Positions 56,501 to 64,000 of a stretch of 64,000 nt of DNA are shown here, piece after piece. The translations under genes were made by a program, and so were the position numbers. The notes below the pieces were generated by a model. That model had not been told where the DNA came from. It made no database searches and worked only from the letters and a program-made list of their open reading frames with translations. The first letter of the stretch is position 1, and each line of letters starts with the position of its first letter. The stretch comes from Escherichia phage Mangalyan, in sequence record OR449013. One strand, written 5' to 3'.

Positions 56501-56981
56501 CCGGGTTGAATACAGAGTCCGGACAACCTTTTGGTAAAGGGCGATCAGGCCACAAGATTCGGCTCATCGCCAACGTATCAAACAGGTTAACCTGGTGGTC
56601 GTTGATAGTCCCCATACATTTAGGATCACGGAACATATCAAAATGAATACCGGATAATCTCTCCATCAGCATAAAGTCATAACTGTAGCAGTTATGGCAG
56701 TTCAAAGCTGTTGGTGACCAGTCGGAATTGCCTGTAAGCCAACCCTCCAACTCTGAAAAATCTGCTATGCGAACTTCAAAATCTTTATAAAGAGTTTTCT
56801 TTGCCAGAATAAAGTTCTTAGCCTTCTCTATATCCTCCTCGGAATAGTGTGTGCGGTCATTTAGAGGGAGGAACAGCATAAAACGGTTCTTATTCAGCTC
56901 TTTAAACAGGCCGCAGTGATAATAAAGATCTGGGTCTTCCAGCAAACCGGATGACTCAAAGTCGAACGACCACATGCTCAT
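53583..56981 (-). CDS. family A (T7-like) DNA polymerase precursor containing an intein
   Basis: SD AAGGAGA; N-terminal exonuclease FDFESSG...HCGL and HNCYSYD (T7 gp5-like); motif A GIDGSNLEQLIGAW; motif B-like RNDGKPVTYGVMYGAQ after the intein; 1132 aa including a 323-aa insertion. Confidence 0.75.
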   Translation of the reverse strand: MSMWSFDFESSGLLEDPDLYYHCGLFKELNKNRFMLFLPLNDRTHYSEEDIEKAKNFILAKKTLYKDFEVRIADFSELEGWLTGNSDWSPTALNCHNCYSYDFMLMERLSGIHFDMFRDPKCMGTINDHQVNLFDTLAMSRILWPDRPLPKGCPDSVFNPVTKKMQPVGPHGLMAWGYALGNQKVQIDDWRDLPLWKYVDRVFEDVIIQELLWKELVAESKGVFYGKSDMQNFMYDPAKEKPKGFKKITWKNALRRGMLQHFLMELQARQGVYFDIDGAIALRDRCDAWMKEIADRVEPQLPLKELSMSQRPKFPEKPFNQDGTISNNGWKWLKDKLGYPVDMSALEFKAPPKRAFTSTGDVSKMGIKWCEEMGCKDPDKMADFLRGYIKGTSTPQPLPKELMDQAISDLQQKRMPDCKIPMKISNQDDIKRYLISAGWLPTMWRTKDVTKDSKKKALPDADVDARVYAYMDELLESEYCDLIINFWNKTDAKFQTTVHKFRSFPNSERIKKEVFGKIRRKARALITSPQLKDTFGHLCPNLEKLNGEMAKDIVLWLSLRNRRSVLDPIKEDKVDTGLLNHPRLKIDHKLPAKSSGLTNTSRQKHSICANMPKPSPKVVMGKEMRSLWGVPPGYFEIGIDGSNLEQLIGAWGAFEFDNGLYYDVVSNGDAHCYSGDTQILTEKGWVRFEDLDPGTQVFQYDHNTSSMNLVTPLNYVKRSYCGDMYHFHNSSVDFMVTDQHRMLTVDHRSNKLFEDLAKDLKAGKGSNSGRRFIHAAEFYGNTTLSPAQVNLLIAIHDDGHLHTNKDGSIVCRIQVGKGRKVATLLDTFSALSLSYVEQSGKTTKGGLLARRFQFHVPSWVFEFLDSNKDFTYNLMDLDKESKNLFIASLSNWDGWVSSEGGKVAYYSQAECRKKSVEVVSALATQCGLRNNTVAIHKKGRSVQHRITIGSKQRAGLLTLSKESVEVSGSLVYCVTVPSGAIIVRRNGKVAVCGNCNNAKAYSSVAGKEISRNDGKPVTYGVMYGAQKDKVADMLDISPELGQRVIDALWDANPGLKGRKEDLEKFWEATGKKFIYSFDGHAIWTRSKHSLLNAYQQNGGASLCDLVGILMHHQMVKRGWYDEGVRRIIYYHK
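54000..54968 (-). mobile_element. intein (323 aa) with LAGLIDADG-like endonuclease motifs
   Basis: starts CYSGDTQILTEKGWVRFEDL (block A), ends ...GKVAVCGN followed by +1 Cys; internal LLIAIHDDG and LFIASLSNWDG; inserted between polymerase GDAH and motif B. Confidence 0.65.
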
Positions 56982-57039
56982 ATACAGTTCTCCTTAAAGG
57001 GGAGGCGGTTGTACTACCCCTCCCACTCTTGGTTAAACA

Positions 57040-59118
57040 TTAAAAAGGTGTTTCATCGTCCTCAAAACCAGGGACAGGGTCAGAGGATGGATCATCGTAC
57101 TGGAGGTCTTCCTGCGTGTCAACAGGCTTAACAGTAGGAGTTACAACCTTATCAGCCACAACCTTACCCATAGGTGTTTCTACAACTGTATGCTCCTGAT
57201 CCTCAAACATAGCCTGAGGTCTCCAAACAACCTCCCCACCTTCTCCGTCTGTAAACATCTGCATTTCTTTGTCCCAGTACCAATTGCTGGCATCATGGAA
57301 CTTGCCTGTGTGAGGGTCCATAACTAAAGTGTCAGCAATACCTAAAGTTTTTGCTGGACGGTTTTTAAGACCTACCAGACGGACACGTCCACGAGAACGA
57401 TCCACCATTTCTTCGGCCTCGACACCTATGACTACCCAACTCAACTGTTCAAGCCCAGCCGATCCTCGCAAATTCTCTTTTCGCACAGGATACCAGAAAG
57501 GTAACGGGTTACCATCCTTGTCCTTAGGAGGCACAATCTCTATACGCTTGAGGTGAGCGATCACCAAGATAAACACGTTAAACTGCTTACAAAACGCAGC
57601 CAGTTGGGTCATAGCCATGTCCAGTTCTTTTCGCTCATCCTTAACATTAAGCCCTGAAATTACCATGGACAGGTGATCCAGTACAATATAACGACAATGG
57701 TACAGGCAAACCATTTGCTTAAGCTTAGTAATCAACTCGTCCACCGGAATAGATCCGAAATGTTTGAACACTTTGATTTTTCCAGCTTTTGCCCATGATT
57801 GGTGAATCTCTGCGTGTTCTTGATCAGTTAAAAACTGGCTAGGATCTTCAACAAACTCTTTAACATCAAACCCTAACTGGTTTGCATACAAGGAGTTAAT
57901 TGCTTCCTCTGGGTCCTCCTCAAGATGGATCATGCATAGACGATCATCCTCTTCGTAGTCATCGGCCTTCGGACATGTCGGGTCCATTAGGTATCTTGCA
58001 ATACAGTGTTCCAGTTTTTTAGCTACGGTTGTTTTACCGCCACCTGACGGACCTGTAAGCATTACAAGTGTCCCTTTGTGCAAGCCTTTTAGCATTTTTT
58101 GCAGTTTTGGGAACTCTGCGCTGATATCTACCCCGTTGGAAGTCTTTTTCCGCAAAGACTCGATAGAGAAGTCTTCTAAATCCGACACAGCATCAGGCAC
58201 ATATTTAACAGGGTGCCGGAACATGTTGACAATATCTTCCAGCTTTTTAGCCTTCAGCATGTCTCGGATATCTTTTACACCGTCAGGGTCGTTTACTTCA
58301 CCAGGGTATTCTACGTGGTAAACGTTATCGGCCATCAAAAATGCTGCGATATTGTGCGTGGCCTCAACACCTTTAATGACGTGTTTTTGCTTCTCTACCT
58401 CGTTAGCTGCATCGTTATCCATTGCCAGCACAACTGTTCCATAGCTACGGATAAACTTCTCATTGTTTGCAAAAGTATCTACTGCGTTTGCACATCCACA
58501 GTTAATTCCAACAAAAGGCAGGCAGGGTTTTCCTGCCAGATCACCACCATTGATAACTGCGTCGATCCCGTCCTGGACCTCTTTAGCCCACTGCTTCACC
58601 TTTGCCGGGGCTTTAGCGTTGGTGAGAATCCCTTTTACTTGTATCTGATATGCAGCCTGCCATGCTGCAATAACATCCCCTTCTCCCTCACAAACGTTAA
58701 TCTGCTTACGGTTGTTGGAAGATGCACACAGCTTTTGACCAAACATCTGAGAGTTAGCCTTTACGATGCCAACAACGGAGAAATGGCCCCTTTGCTCTTT
58801 AGGAATCGTCCAGTCACGCTTTTTGAAACCGGACAGATTTCCGTAGCGGTCGTAATATGGGAAATATGTTGCAGTGACTGTCACACCGTCTTCTTGGGAC
58901 AATGCTGATCGCACACCAAAATATTGTGCAGCCATCAGACCGATATTTTGTTGTGGGACAGGGACAATTTTAGTATTTTCTAAAACAGTTTCTACAGTTT
59001 CAACTTCTTTTTCATCACGATAGTCTCGTTTCACACTTCCCCCACTCTTATACTTAGTTGCTTTCGGGTTTGGCTCACCGAAACGGTTGTATGCAGATGC
59101 CATAAATTTACTTCCCAT
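57040..59118 (-). CDS. primase-helicase (TOPRIM primase domain + DnaB-like helicase, T7 gp4-like)
   Basis: TOPRIM-like INVCEGEGD and LAMDNDAAN; Walker A LTGPSGGGKTT; 692 aa; SD AAGGAG. Confidence 0.6.
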   Translation of the reverse strand: MGSKFMASAYNRFGEPNPKATKYKSGGSVKRDYRDEKEVETVETVLENTKIVPVPQQNIGLMAAQYFGVRSALSQEDGVTVTATYFPYYDRYGNLSGFKKRDWTIPKEQRGHFSVVGIVKANSQMFGQKLCASSNNRKQINVCEGEGDVIAAWQAAYQIQVKGILTNAKAPAKVKQWAKEVQDGIDAVINGGDLAGKPCLPFVGINCGCANAVDTFANNEKFIRSYGTVVLAMDNDAANEVEKQKHVIKGVEATHNIAAFLMADNVYHVEYPGEVNDPDGVKDIRDMLKAKKLEDIVNMFRHPVKYVPDAVSDLEDFSIESLRKKTSNGVDISAEFPKLQKMLKGLHKGTLVMLTGPSGGGKTTVAKKLEHCIARYLMDPTCPKADDYEEDDRLCMIHLEEDPEEAINSLYANQLGFDVKEFVEDPSQFLTDQEHAEIHQSWAKAGKIKVFKHFGSIPVDELITKLKQMVCLYHCRYIVLDHLSMVISGLNVKDERKELDMAMTQLAAFCKQFNVFILVIAHLKRIEIVPPKDKDGNPLPFWYPVRKENLRGSAGLEQLSWVVIGVEAEEMVDRSRGRVRLVGLKNRPAKTLGIADTLVMDPHTGKFHDASNWYWDKEMQMFTDGEGGEVVWRPQAMFEDQEHTVVETPMGKVVADKVVTPTVKPVDTQEDLQYDDPSSDPVPGFEDDETPF

Positions 59119-59872
59119 TAATTCTGCTCCTTACTACAGGCTCGTTTGCTAAGAATACGGCTTTTGCCCAGCCACGTGGTGTGAGGCTTCGGATCATCTT
59201 CGTTCTTGCACTCTTTCCACCCAGCTTGGCGTGTTGCATGGAATACCCGCTAACCGCGTCAACTATTTGCGGGACAGGTTTTGTGGCCGGGATTATAAAT
59301 CCATTACCTATCCAGCCGCAAGTTATTTTTGGATAGGCATCACGTGGAGCTATAAATTCAGGAAACCATGGGTTTACATCATCTTCCGGTAAATACCCGC
59401 CATAATCCGAAGGGTGAAAACGGTAATCAGGTTTGCGCCACAGTGTGGACATAACACCCACAGGATTCTCTACATGCCACGGGCAATCGTAAATCTCTCC
59501 CAGCTCTTCCGCAACCCGAGCATCCTTTACAGCATTAATTTGGATCATGGGGTCCTTAGCCAGCTTTTTCTTAAAATGTGCAGCACCTGATACCGCTAAA
59601 TGCGTGCACGGAGGAAATGCAAGAATAAAGTCTGGAGCCGGATACATGCAAAAAGTTTCCTGAGGGAACCACGGGTCAATCCAATAGTCCACATAGTGAA
59701 TGTTGGGATGATCGGTGATCACCTCTGCATAACTGCCGTGATCAGCGCCTTCTGCATTAAAGCACAGACACAGGTACCCAGCTTTTGCCCAGTCAATGAC
59801 TGCACCGCCAGATCCGTCAAATAGACTCCACACAACACCTTTGTGGTAGTGTTCTTTATAGATAAATTTCAA
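59108..59872 (-). CDS. DNA (cytosine-5)-methyltransferase-like protein (short form)
   Basis: motif I SLFDGSGG, motif IV FPPCTHLAVSGA, motif VI HVENPVG; TTG 59872 after AGGAGA assumed because track start 59902 falls inside the terminator hairpin. Confidence 0.5.
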   Translation of the reverse strand: MKFIYKEHYHKGVVWSLFDGSGGAVIDWAKAGYLCLCFNAEGADHGSYAEVITDHPNIHYVDYWIDPWFPQETFCMYPAPDFILAFPPCTHLAVSGAAHFKKKLAKDPMIQINAVKDARVAEELGEIYDCPWHVENPVGVMSTLWRKPDYRFHPSDYGGYLPEDDVNPWFPEFIAPRDAYPKITCGWIGNGFIIPATKPVPQIVDAVSGYSMQHAKLGGKSARTKMIRSLTPRGWAKAVFLANEPVVRSRINGK

Positions 59873-59889
59873 TTTGCTGTCTCCTAATG

Positions 59890-59917
59890 CAAAAAGCCCC
59901 ACCCTTTCGGGCAGGGC
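59890..59917 (-). terminator. rho-independent terminator (copy 2 of an identical pair)
   Basis: same GCCCTGCCC-gaaa-GGGTGGGGC + TTTTTGC as at 47291..47319. Confidence 0.7.
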
Positions 59918-59923
59918 CTAGTG

Positions 59924-60406
59924 TTAAACCCGGATACCTATTGTATACTCGGTGGATACCAATGTCAAATCTAAATTTAAAATTTCTTGCATCTCATAGT
60001 ATGCATCCAGGGTGAGATACATTTCCCCATCCTTTTCTACATACTTGTCCAAGTGCTTGAGGCATTTCGGATAACTATCAAGGGCAGCCTTTAGGCACTC
60101 AAACTCTGTGCTGTTGATGAGTCCTTCCATCTTGGCTACCCGTTCTGGGGTAACGATAGCACTGTAGTGAGATTTAGCTTCCTGAATGCAATGGGTCCAA
60201 GCATCAACTTTCTCTTCGAAAAGTCCGAAGAACTTCTTTTTGGTGAGCTTCAGATTCTTTAAGTGCTTAAGCACTCGGTTGCCGATCACAGCTACATCAC
60301 GAAACTTAAGGATCACTTTGTCGATATCCTCGCGGCCTATTTTCACAAAGCAAGCCTCACACATTTCAGGAGCTGCGTAACCTACTTTCCACATAAAATC
60401 TGACAT
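59924..60406 (-). CDS. hypothetical protein
   Basis: 160-aa ORF, SD AAGGAGA. Confidence 0.5.
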   Translation of the reverse strand: MSDFMWKVGYAAPEMCEACFVKIGREDIDKVILKFRDVAVIGNRVLKHLKNLKLTKKKFFGLFEEKVDAWTHCIQEAKSHYSAIVTPERVAKMEGLINSTEFECLKAALDSYPKCLKHLDKYVEKDGEMYLTLDAYYEMQEILNLDLTLVSTEYTIGIRV

Positions 60407-60418
60407 AACACTATCTCC

Positions 60419-60817
60419 TTATTCTTCCTGAAAAGCAACGATATCATATGAACTTGCAGACGATCCTGGTGAAGAATGACTCCAGTCTAGGTCATCAGAG
60501 TAGTCAGCGTATTGTGCACCACTACGTAGTTTATATTTTACCCACTTACCTGGTGCAGGGTTTTCACCACCTTCCCATACTTCCCAGCCTTCTGGCAGGC
60601 CGTCCTGGGGATAGTCATCCACCTCACTGATAATCTTAGGGTTTGGCACCAAGATCCCTGCAGGCTCCTCCTTCCGGATAAGTGTCCACACAACGTAGGT
60701 GTCTGAGCAGGAGCATGATAGCAAAGTATATCCACTGTTCAGAACTTCTGCAAGCTCTTTTTCAGCATCTTCCAATTTAGTTAAGTGGTATTGGAGAATC
60801 TTCACACCTGTAATCAT
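60419..60817 (-). CDS. hypothetical protein
   Basis: 132-aa ORF, SD GGGAGG. Confidence 0.5.
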   Translation of the reverse strand: MITGVKILQYHLTKLEDAEKELAEVLNSGYTLLSCSCSDTYVVWTLIRKEEPAGILVPNPKIISEVDDYPQDGLPEGWEVWEGGENPAPGKWVKYKLRSGAQYADYSDDLDWSHSSPGSSASSYDIVAFQEE

Positions 60818-61119
60818 CAGAAACCTCCCACTTCTTCAGCAAATGCAGCTGCTGTCGTCGCTGCATCCAGATAGGACTCTAGTTCACGGGCTGCACGTTT
60901 GTAAATTGAGTGGCGAATATCGTTTGGCAGTTGGTGGAAGTCCACCTCTTCACCGTTGTGGTAAACATGCACATCAGTGATCTGTCTAAATCCGTAATAG
61001 TCAACATCAGAATCACGGCACTCCGGGTCTGGCAACTGGACAACTGCCTGAGCTTCTACAGTGAACATATCGTCAAGTTCGAAATCGATTTCAAAAGTGT
61101 ATGGTTTATAACGTTTCAT
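60817..61119 (-). CDS. hypothetical acidic protein
   Basis: 100-aa ORF, SD AAGGAAG. Confidence 0.5.
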   Translation of the reverse strand: MKRYKPYTFEIDFELDDMFTVEAQAVVQLPDPECRDSDVDYYGFRQITDVHVYHNGEEVDFHQLPNDIRHSIYKRAARELESYLDAATTAAAFAEEVGGF

Positions 61120-61179
61120 CGTTTAGTGCTTCCTTAGTTTTTGTGGGGAGGAGTGCCTCCCCTTTATACTCACATCTTA

Positions 61180-61521
61180 CTACTCAAGGTCTTCAGAGTC
61201 AAGCTCAAAAAGAATCAAACTGTGCATGCCTGCAGAGAGATCAACACACCCTGCAACAATAAGGGTTTGATAGTAAGGTTCAGCACCCTCAATGTCTTCG
61301 TTAAAATCCACAACAAGGTAGTCACCTTTGTTAAAGGTGTATTTGTCCGATGTAAACGCAAAACCTGCCCAGTCCCCTACTGCAGGATCTTTATCAGTCA
61401 CCTTTGTTAGCAGTAGATCTTTTTCACGAGATCTTTTAGTAAAATCGTGAATCACAACATCCTTCTCTTCAGGAGTTGGATTGCCACACACGTAGTTAAC
61501 GATATTTCTCCACAAACTCAT
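61180..61521 (-). CDS. hypothetical protein
   Basis: 113-aa ORF, SD AGAGGGGGA. Confidence 0.5.
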   Translation of the reverse strand: MSLWRNIVNYVCGNPTPEEKDVVIHDFTKRSREKDLLLTKVTDKDPAVGDWAGFAFTSDKYTFNKGDYLVVDFNEDIEGAEPYYQTLIVAGCVDLSAGMHSLILFELDSEDLE

Positions 61522-62888
61522 ACGTCCCCCTCTTCTGCTCTGGTTTCAAAATCTTTCCTGACAATTTTGTCTAAGTCAGGGAATGTTGTATTGTAAAACT
61601 CTACGACTCGCGGGTCAACAATAATGTCAACTTCTCTTAGTGGACGCAACAAGTTTATTCCCTGTATTGTCTTAACTCTACTCAAAGCGACATACGTCAT
61701 CCCAGGAGAGAAAGCTCCGTTCTTTCCAAGGTCTAGGTTGTAACAATCTAGAGTAAGTCCTTGACTTTTATGAGATGTTACGGCGTACCCAGATTTCAGA
61801 GGAAGTTGCTTGTATGACCCAATCACTACCCTCTCTATAAACTTCTCCATCTTCCTTTCTGCAATGTTGTATCTCTGAGAGGGCTTATACTCGTTATTCT
61901 CCCACAACCTCTGCTCTATGTCAACCTGTGTTCCATCTTCAAGCTCTACCACCACTGCCTTGTTCTTAAATTTAACAATTGTGGCACGTGTTCCGTTAAC
62001 ATAATAAGGTACTTTGTGCGTCGGGTCAACATCGTTGGCGGTTATCATAACTTTCATGCCAATTTTCAACTTCATCTCCTGCTCAACTGGCAGGGTGGAG
62101 GGAAACTTACCCTTCATTTCACCAGTGTATACCTTCTCTGGGGCGTTGATGGCATCATAGAACCTTCTGTTCACTTCCTCTGCTTGTTTGTTGGTGGCGC
62201 AAATTGTGAGAGCGTCTGTTGGTACACCGCCTTTGTAACAGCGAGCATTAAGTTCTGCTACAACCTCTTTTATGCGACGACCCTCACGAACACAGTTGAG
62301 CATTGTGGCAAATCGAATAGACTCCTGTCGGAACTGATCTATTAGAGCTATGTTGTGGAGGTCAAGTTCTTTCCAAGATTCGGTGTAGCAACACAGGTCC
62401 GTATGGTAGAAGTTGAAGTAGGCTTCCTTCTCCATAGAAGAGACAACAGGAGGTGCCTGGTAAAAATCGCCAAACAATATGACCTGTATGCCTCCGAAAG
62501 GTTTGTCATTTTTTCGAAGGAAGCGGAGTTTCCTATCCATCTCTATAAACTTATCAGCACGGATCATAGAGATTTCATCGATAATTAGGATGGTAAATGC
62601 CTTGCTTTTCAAAGGCTTTGCTGTTTTTGCCCTTATTGCGGTCCAGTCTGACTCCATGCTCACACCTGCTGCAAGATCGAAGGTTCGGTGTGCTGTTGCT
62701 CCATTAACGTTTAAAGCGGCTACCCCTGTCGGGGCAACCGTTATGCAAGAGTCTCCATACATTGACTGGATCATGTTGATGAGGTACGTCTTCCCACAAC
62801 CTGCGGGTCCTGAAACGAAGACATTCTCACCGCTCATGATTGCAACGAGGGCAGCATCTGTGCCTACATCATACTGCCCTTTTTCCAT
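61518..62888 (-). CDS. Dda/PIF1-like SF1B DNA helicase
   Basis: Walker A VSGPAGCGKTYL; Walker B ILIIDEISMI; VTSHKSQGLTLD; SD GAGGAGG. Confidence 0.75.
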   Translation of the reverse strand: MEKGQYDVGTDAALVAIMSGENVFVSGPAGCGKTYLINMIQSMYGDSCITVAPTGVAALNVNGATAHRTFDLAAGVSMESDWTAIRAKTAKPLKSKAFTILIIDEISMIRADKFIEMDRKLRFLRKNDKPFGGIQVILFGDFYQAPPVVSSMEKEAYFNFYHTDLCCYTESWKELDLHNIALIDQFRQESIRFATMLNCVREGRRIKEVVAELNARCYKGGVPTDALTICATNKQAEEVNRRFYDAINAPEKVYTGEMKGKFPSTLPVEQEMKLKIGMKVMITANDVDPTHKVPYYVNGTRATIVKFKNKAVVVELEDGTQVDIEQRLWENNEYKPSQRYNIAERKMEKFIERVVIGSYKQLPLKSGYAVTSHKSQGLTLDCYNLDLGKNGAFSPGMTYVALSRVKTIQGINLLRPLREVDIIVDPRVVEFYNTTFPDLDKIVRKDFETRAEEGDV

Positions 62889-64000
62889 TACGCCTCCTCG
62901 TAAAGAATGTCGATAGTGTTACCGTCACGATCAACTACATATTCAATAGGGTCTCCATCTTTGCGTGCTTCCGGAGCTACCACAATCTCATAGCGGCATG
63001 CACGGCACTTAGCGCTATTGTGTTGATATGGCACACTAACTACATCTGCAGGGTCAACCATGACAGTCATTACAGTGCCGTAGCTCTTTGCATACTCTTT
63101 GCTGGCGCAGTGTAAGCCATAGGAGCACGCAGCTTCAGGATCATCCTCTACAAAGTTACGAGGCATGGATACAAAAGCACCTTGGTATTGTGGGACTTTA
63201 CCACTGTGCCAATCCACCCACTTGCTGCCGTTAAACTGAACCCCTTTGTAGCAAATGATTCGACCATCTTCTGCAATCTGAATATCATTGGCCTGCATAA
63301 AATCGTAGAGCATGTTTACAGATTTTGCAGAAGGATTGCGTAGCAGGCGAACGAGGAATTTCACATAGCGGTCATCCAGCGTTCCGTCTGCATAATCTTT
63401 CTCAATTTTCTTTGCAATGGTGGATCGCATCTCTACACCGTAGTAGTAGAGCTTACCATCTTTCATGATCAGGTTGTCTGCAAGTGTGGTGAACTCATTC
63501 TTGCGTTCCAGCCAGACAAGGATTTCACCAATTGCCTCATCATATTCCTGAACAGAGATATGGTCGAAGACTTTCTGGTAAACTTCCTCACTTTCGCTGC
63601 GGCGAATTTCAAAAATTCCTTCGTTGCAGGTGATCTGGAGGAGTTCCCCGCAAATAACTACCAAAGGCTCGATGCTTCGAGTCTGTTGCTGAGACACACT
63701 GCTCACCACTTCCAGCACCGGATCTTTGACTTCTACTAAAGGTTCTTCTGACTTGATTGCTACCCCAGTAAACCCCACACCGTGAACAACACACAGTGGG
63801 TATACCACGCCCCAACGTTTAACGGAACCTTCGCCTAAGTCTAAGATCATGGCGTACTTACCGTTATCTTCCAGCCCATATCTAAATAAACGGGCCTCTT
63901 CACGGGTTTCAAAATCCTCACGGGTGTAGCAGACGCTGTCACGGTCAGGATCGAACAACTCTGGGGCACCAACTGCCAGTGTCCAGGTTGTGTCGCCTTT
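62888..64000 (-). CDS. hypothetical protein, 5'-truncated at window edge
   Basis: frame stays open through 63959-64000 upstream of the track start, so the gene continues beyond the window; no motif recognised. Confidence 0.45.
   Translation of the reverse strand, partial: KGDTTWTLAVGAPELFDPDRDSVCYTREDFETREEARLFRYGLEDNGKYAMILDLGEGSVKRWGVVYPLCVVHGVGFTGVAIKSEEPLVEVKDPVLEVVSSVSQQQTRSIEPLVVICGELLQITCNEGIFEIRRSESEEVYQKVFDHISVQEYDEAIGEILVWLERKNEFTTLADNLIMKDGKLYYYGVEMRSTIAKKIEKDYADGTLDDRYVKFLVRLLRNPSAKSVNMLYDFMQANDIQIAEDGRIICYKGVQFNGSKWVDWHSGKVPQYQGAFVSMPRNFVEDDPEAACSYGLHCASKEYAKSYGTVMTVMVDPADVVSVPYQHNSAKCRACRYEIVVAPEARKDGDPIEYVVDRDGNTIDILYEEA

Noticed and set aside
53583-56981. Alternative reading of the polymerase insertion as an HNH-type intein or a plain inserted domain
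   Set aside because: Block A (C..DT.I) and the C-terminal N + Cys junction are present and the internal motifs look like LAGLIDADG rather than HNH; kept as an intein, but a non-canonical penultimate Gly makes splicing activity uncertain.
58213-58908. Track ORF (+) of 231 aa inside the primase-helicase region
   Set aside because: Lies entirely antisense within the 692-aa helicase gene, which has clear Walker/TOPRIM motifs; Cys-rich low-complexity translation typical of shadow ORFs.

Overview
This window reads as a ~64-kb slice of a large virulent dsDNA bacteriophage genome: gene-dense, many short ORFs with strong Shine-Dalgarno sites, sigma70-type promoters (TTGACA-17-TATAAT) and self-splicing/homing elements. 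Positions 55-29790 are on the + strand and hold a nucleotide-metabolism module (two N6-adenine methyltransferase-like genes, dNMP kinase-like, HAD 5'-nucleotidase-like, ThyX-like, class I RNR nrdA/nrdB plus glutaredoxin, anaerobic RNR nrdD interrupted by a group I intron carrying an HNH endonuclease, nrdG, PhoH, ClpP-like peptidase), followed by ~45 small genes dominated by a tandem paralog family of small acidic 'MK(V/I)K' proteins. Positions 29791-32176 are a 2.4-kb ORF-poor region rich in iterons and inverted repeats where the two transcription directions converge. Positions 32221-64000 are on the - strand: ~50 small genes with individual promoters and small membrane peptides (including a TARG1/OARD1-like macrodomain protein, HNH endonucleases, an SSB-like protein), then a replication module (family A DNA polymerase interrupted by an intein, TOPRIM primase / DnaB-like helicase, C5-cytosine methyltransferase-like protein, Dda/PIF1-like helicase). 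A second noncoding region (42600-43800) carries repeated GC-rich hairpin elements and AT-rich iterons. No rRNA, tRNA or CRISPR array was recognisable by eye. All calls rest on manual motif reading of the supplied six-frame track; no database search was run.
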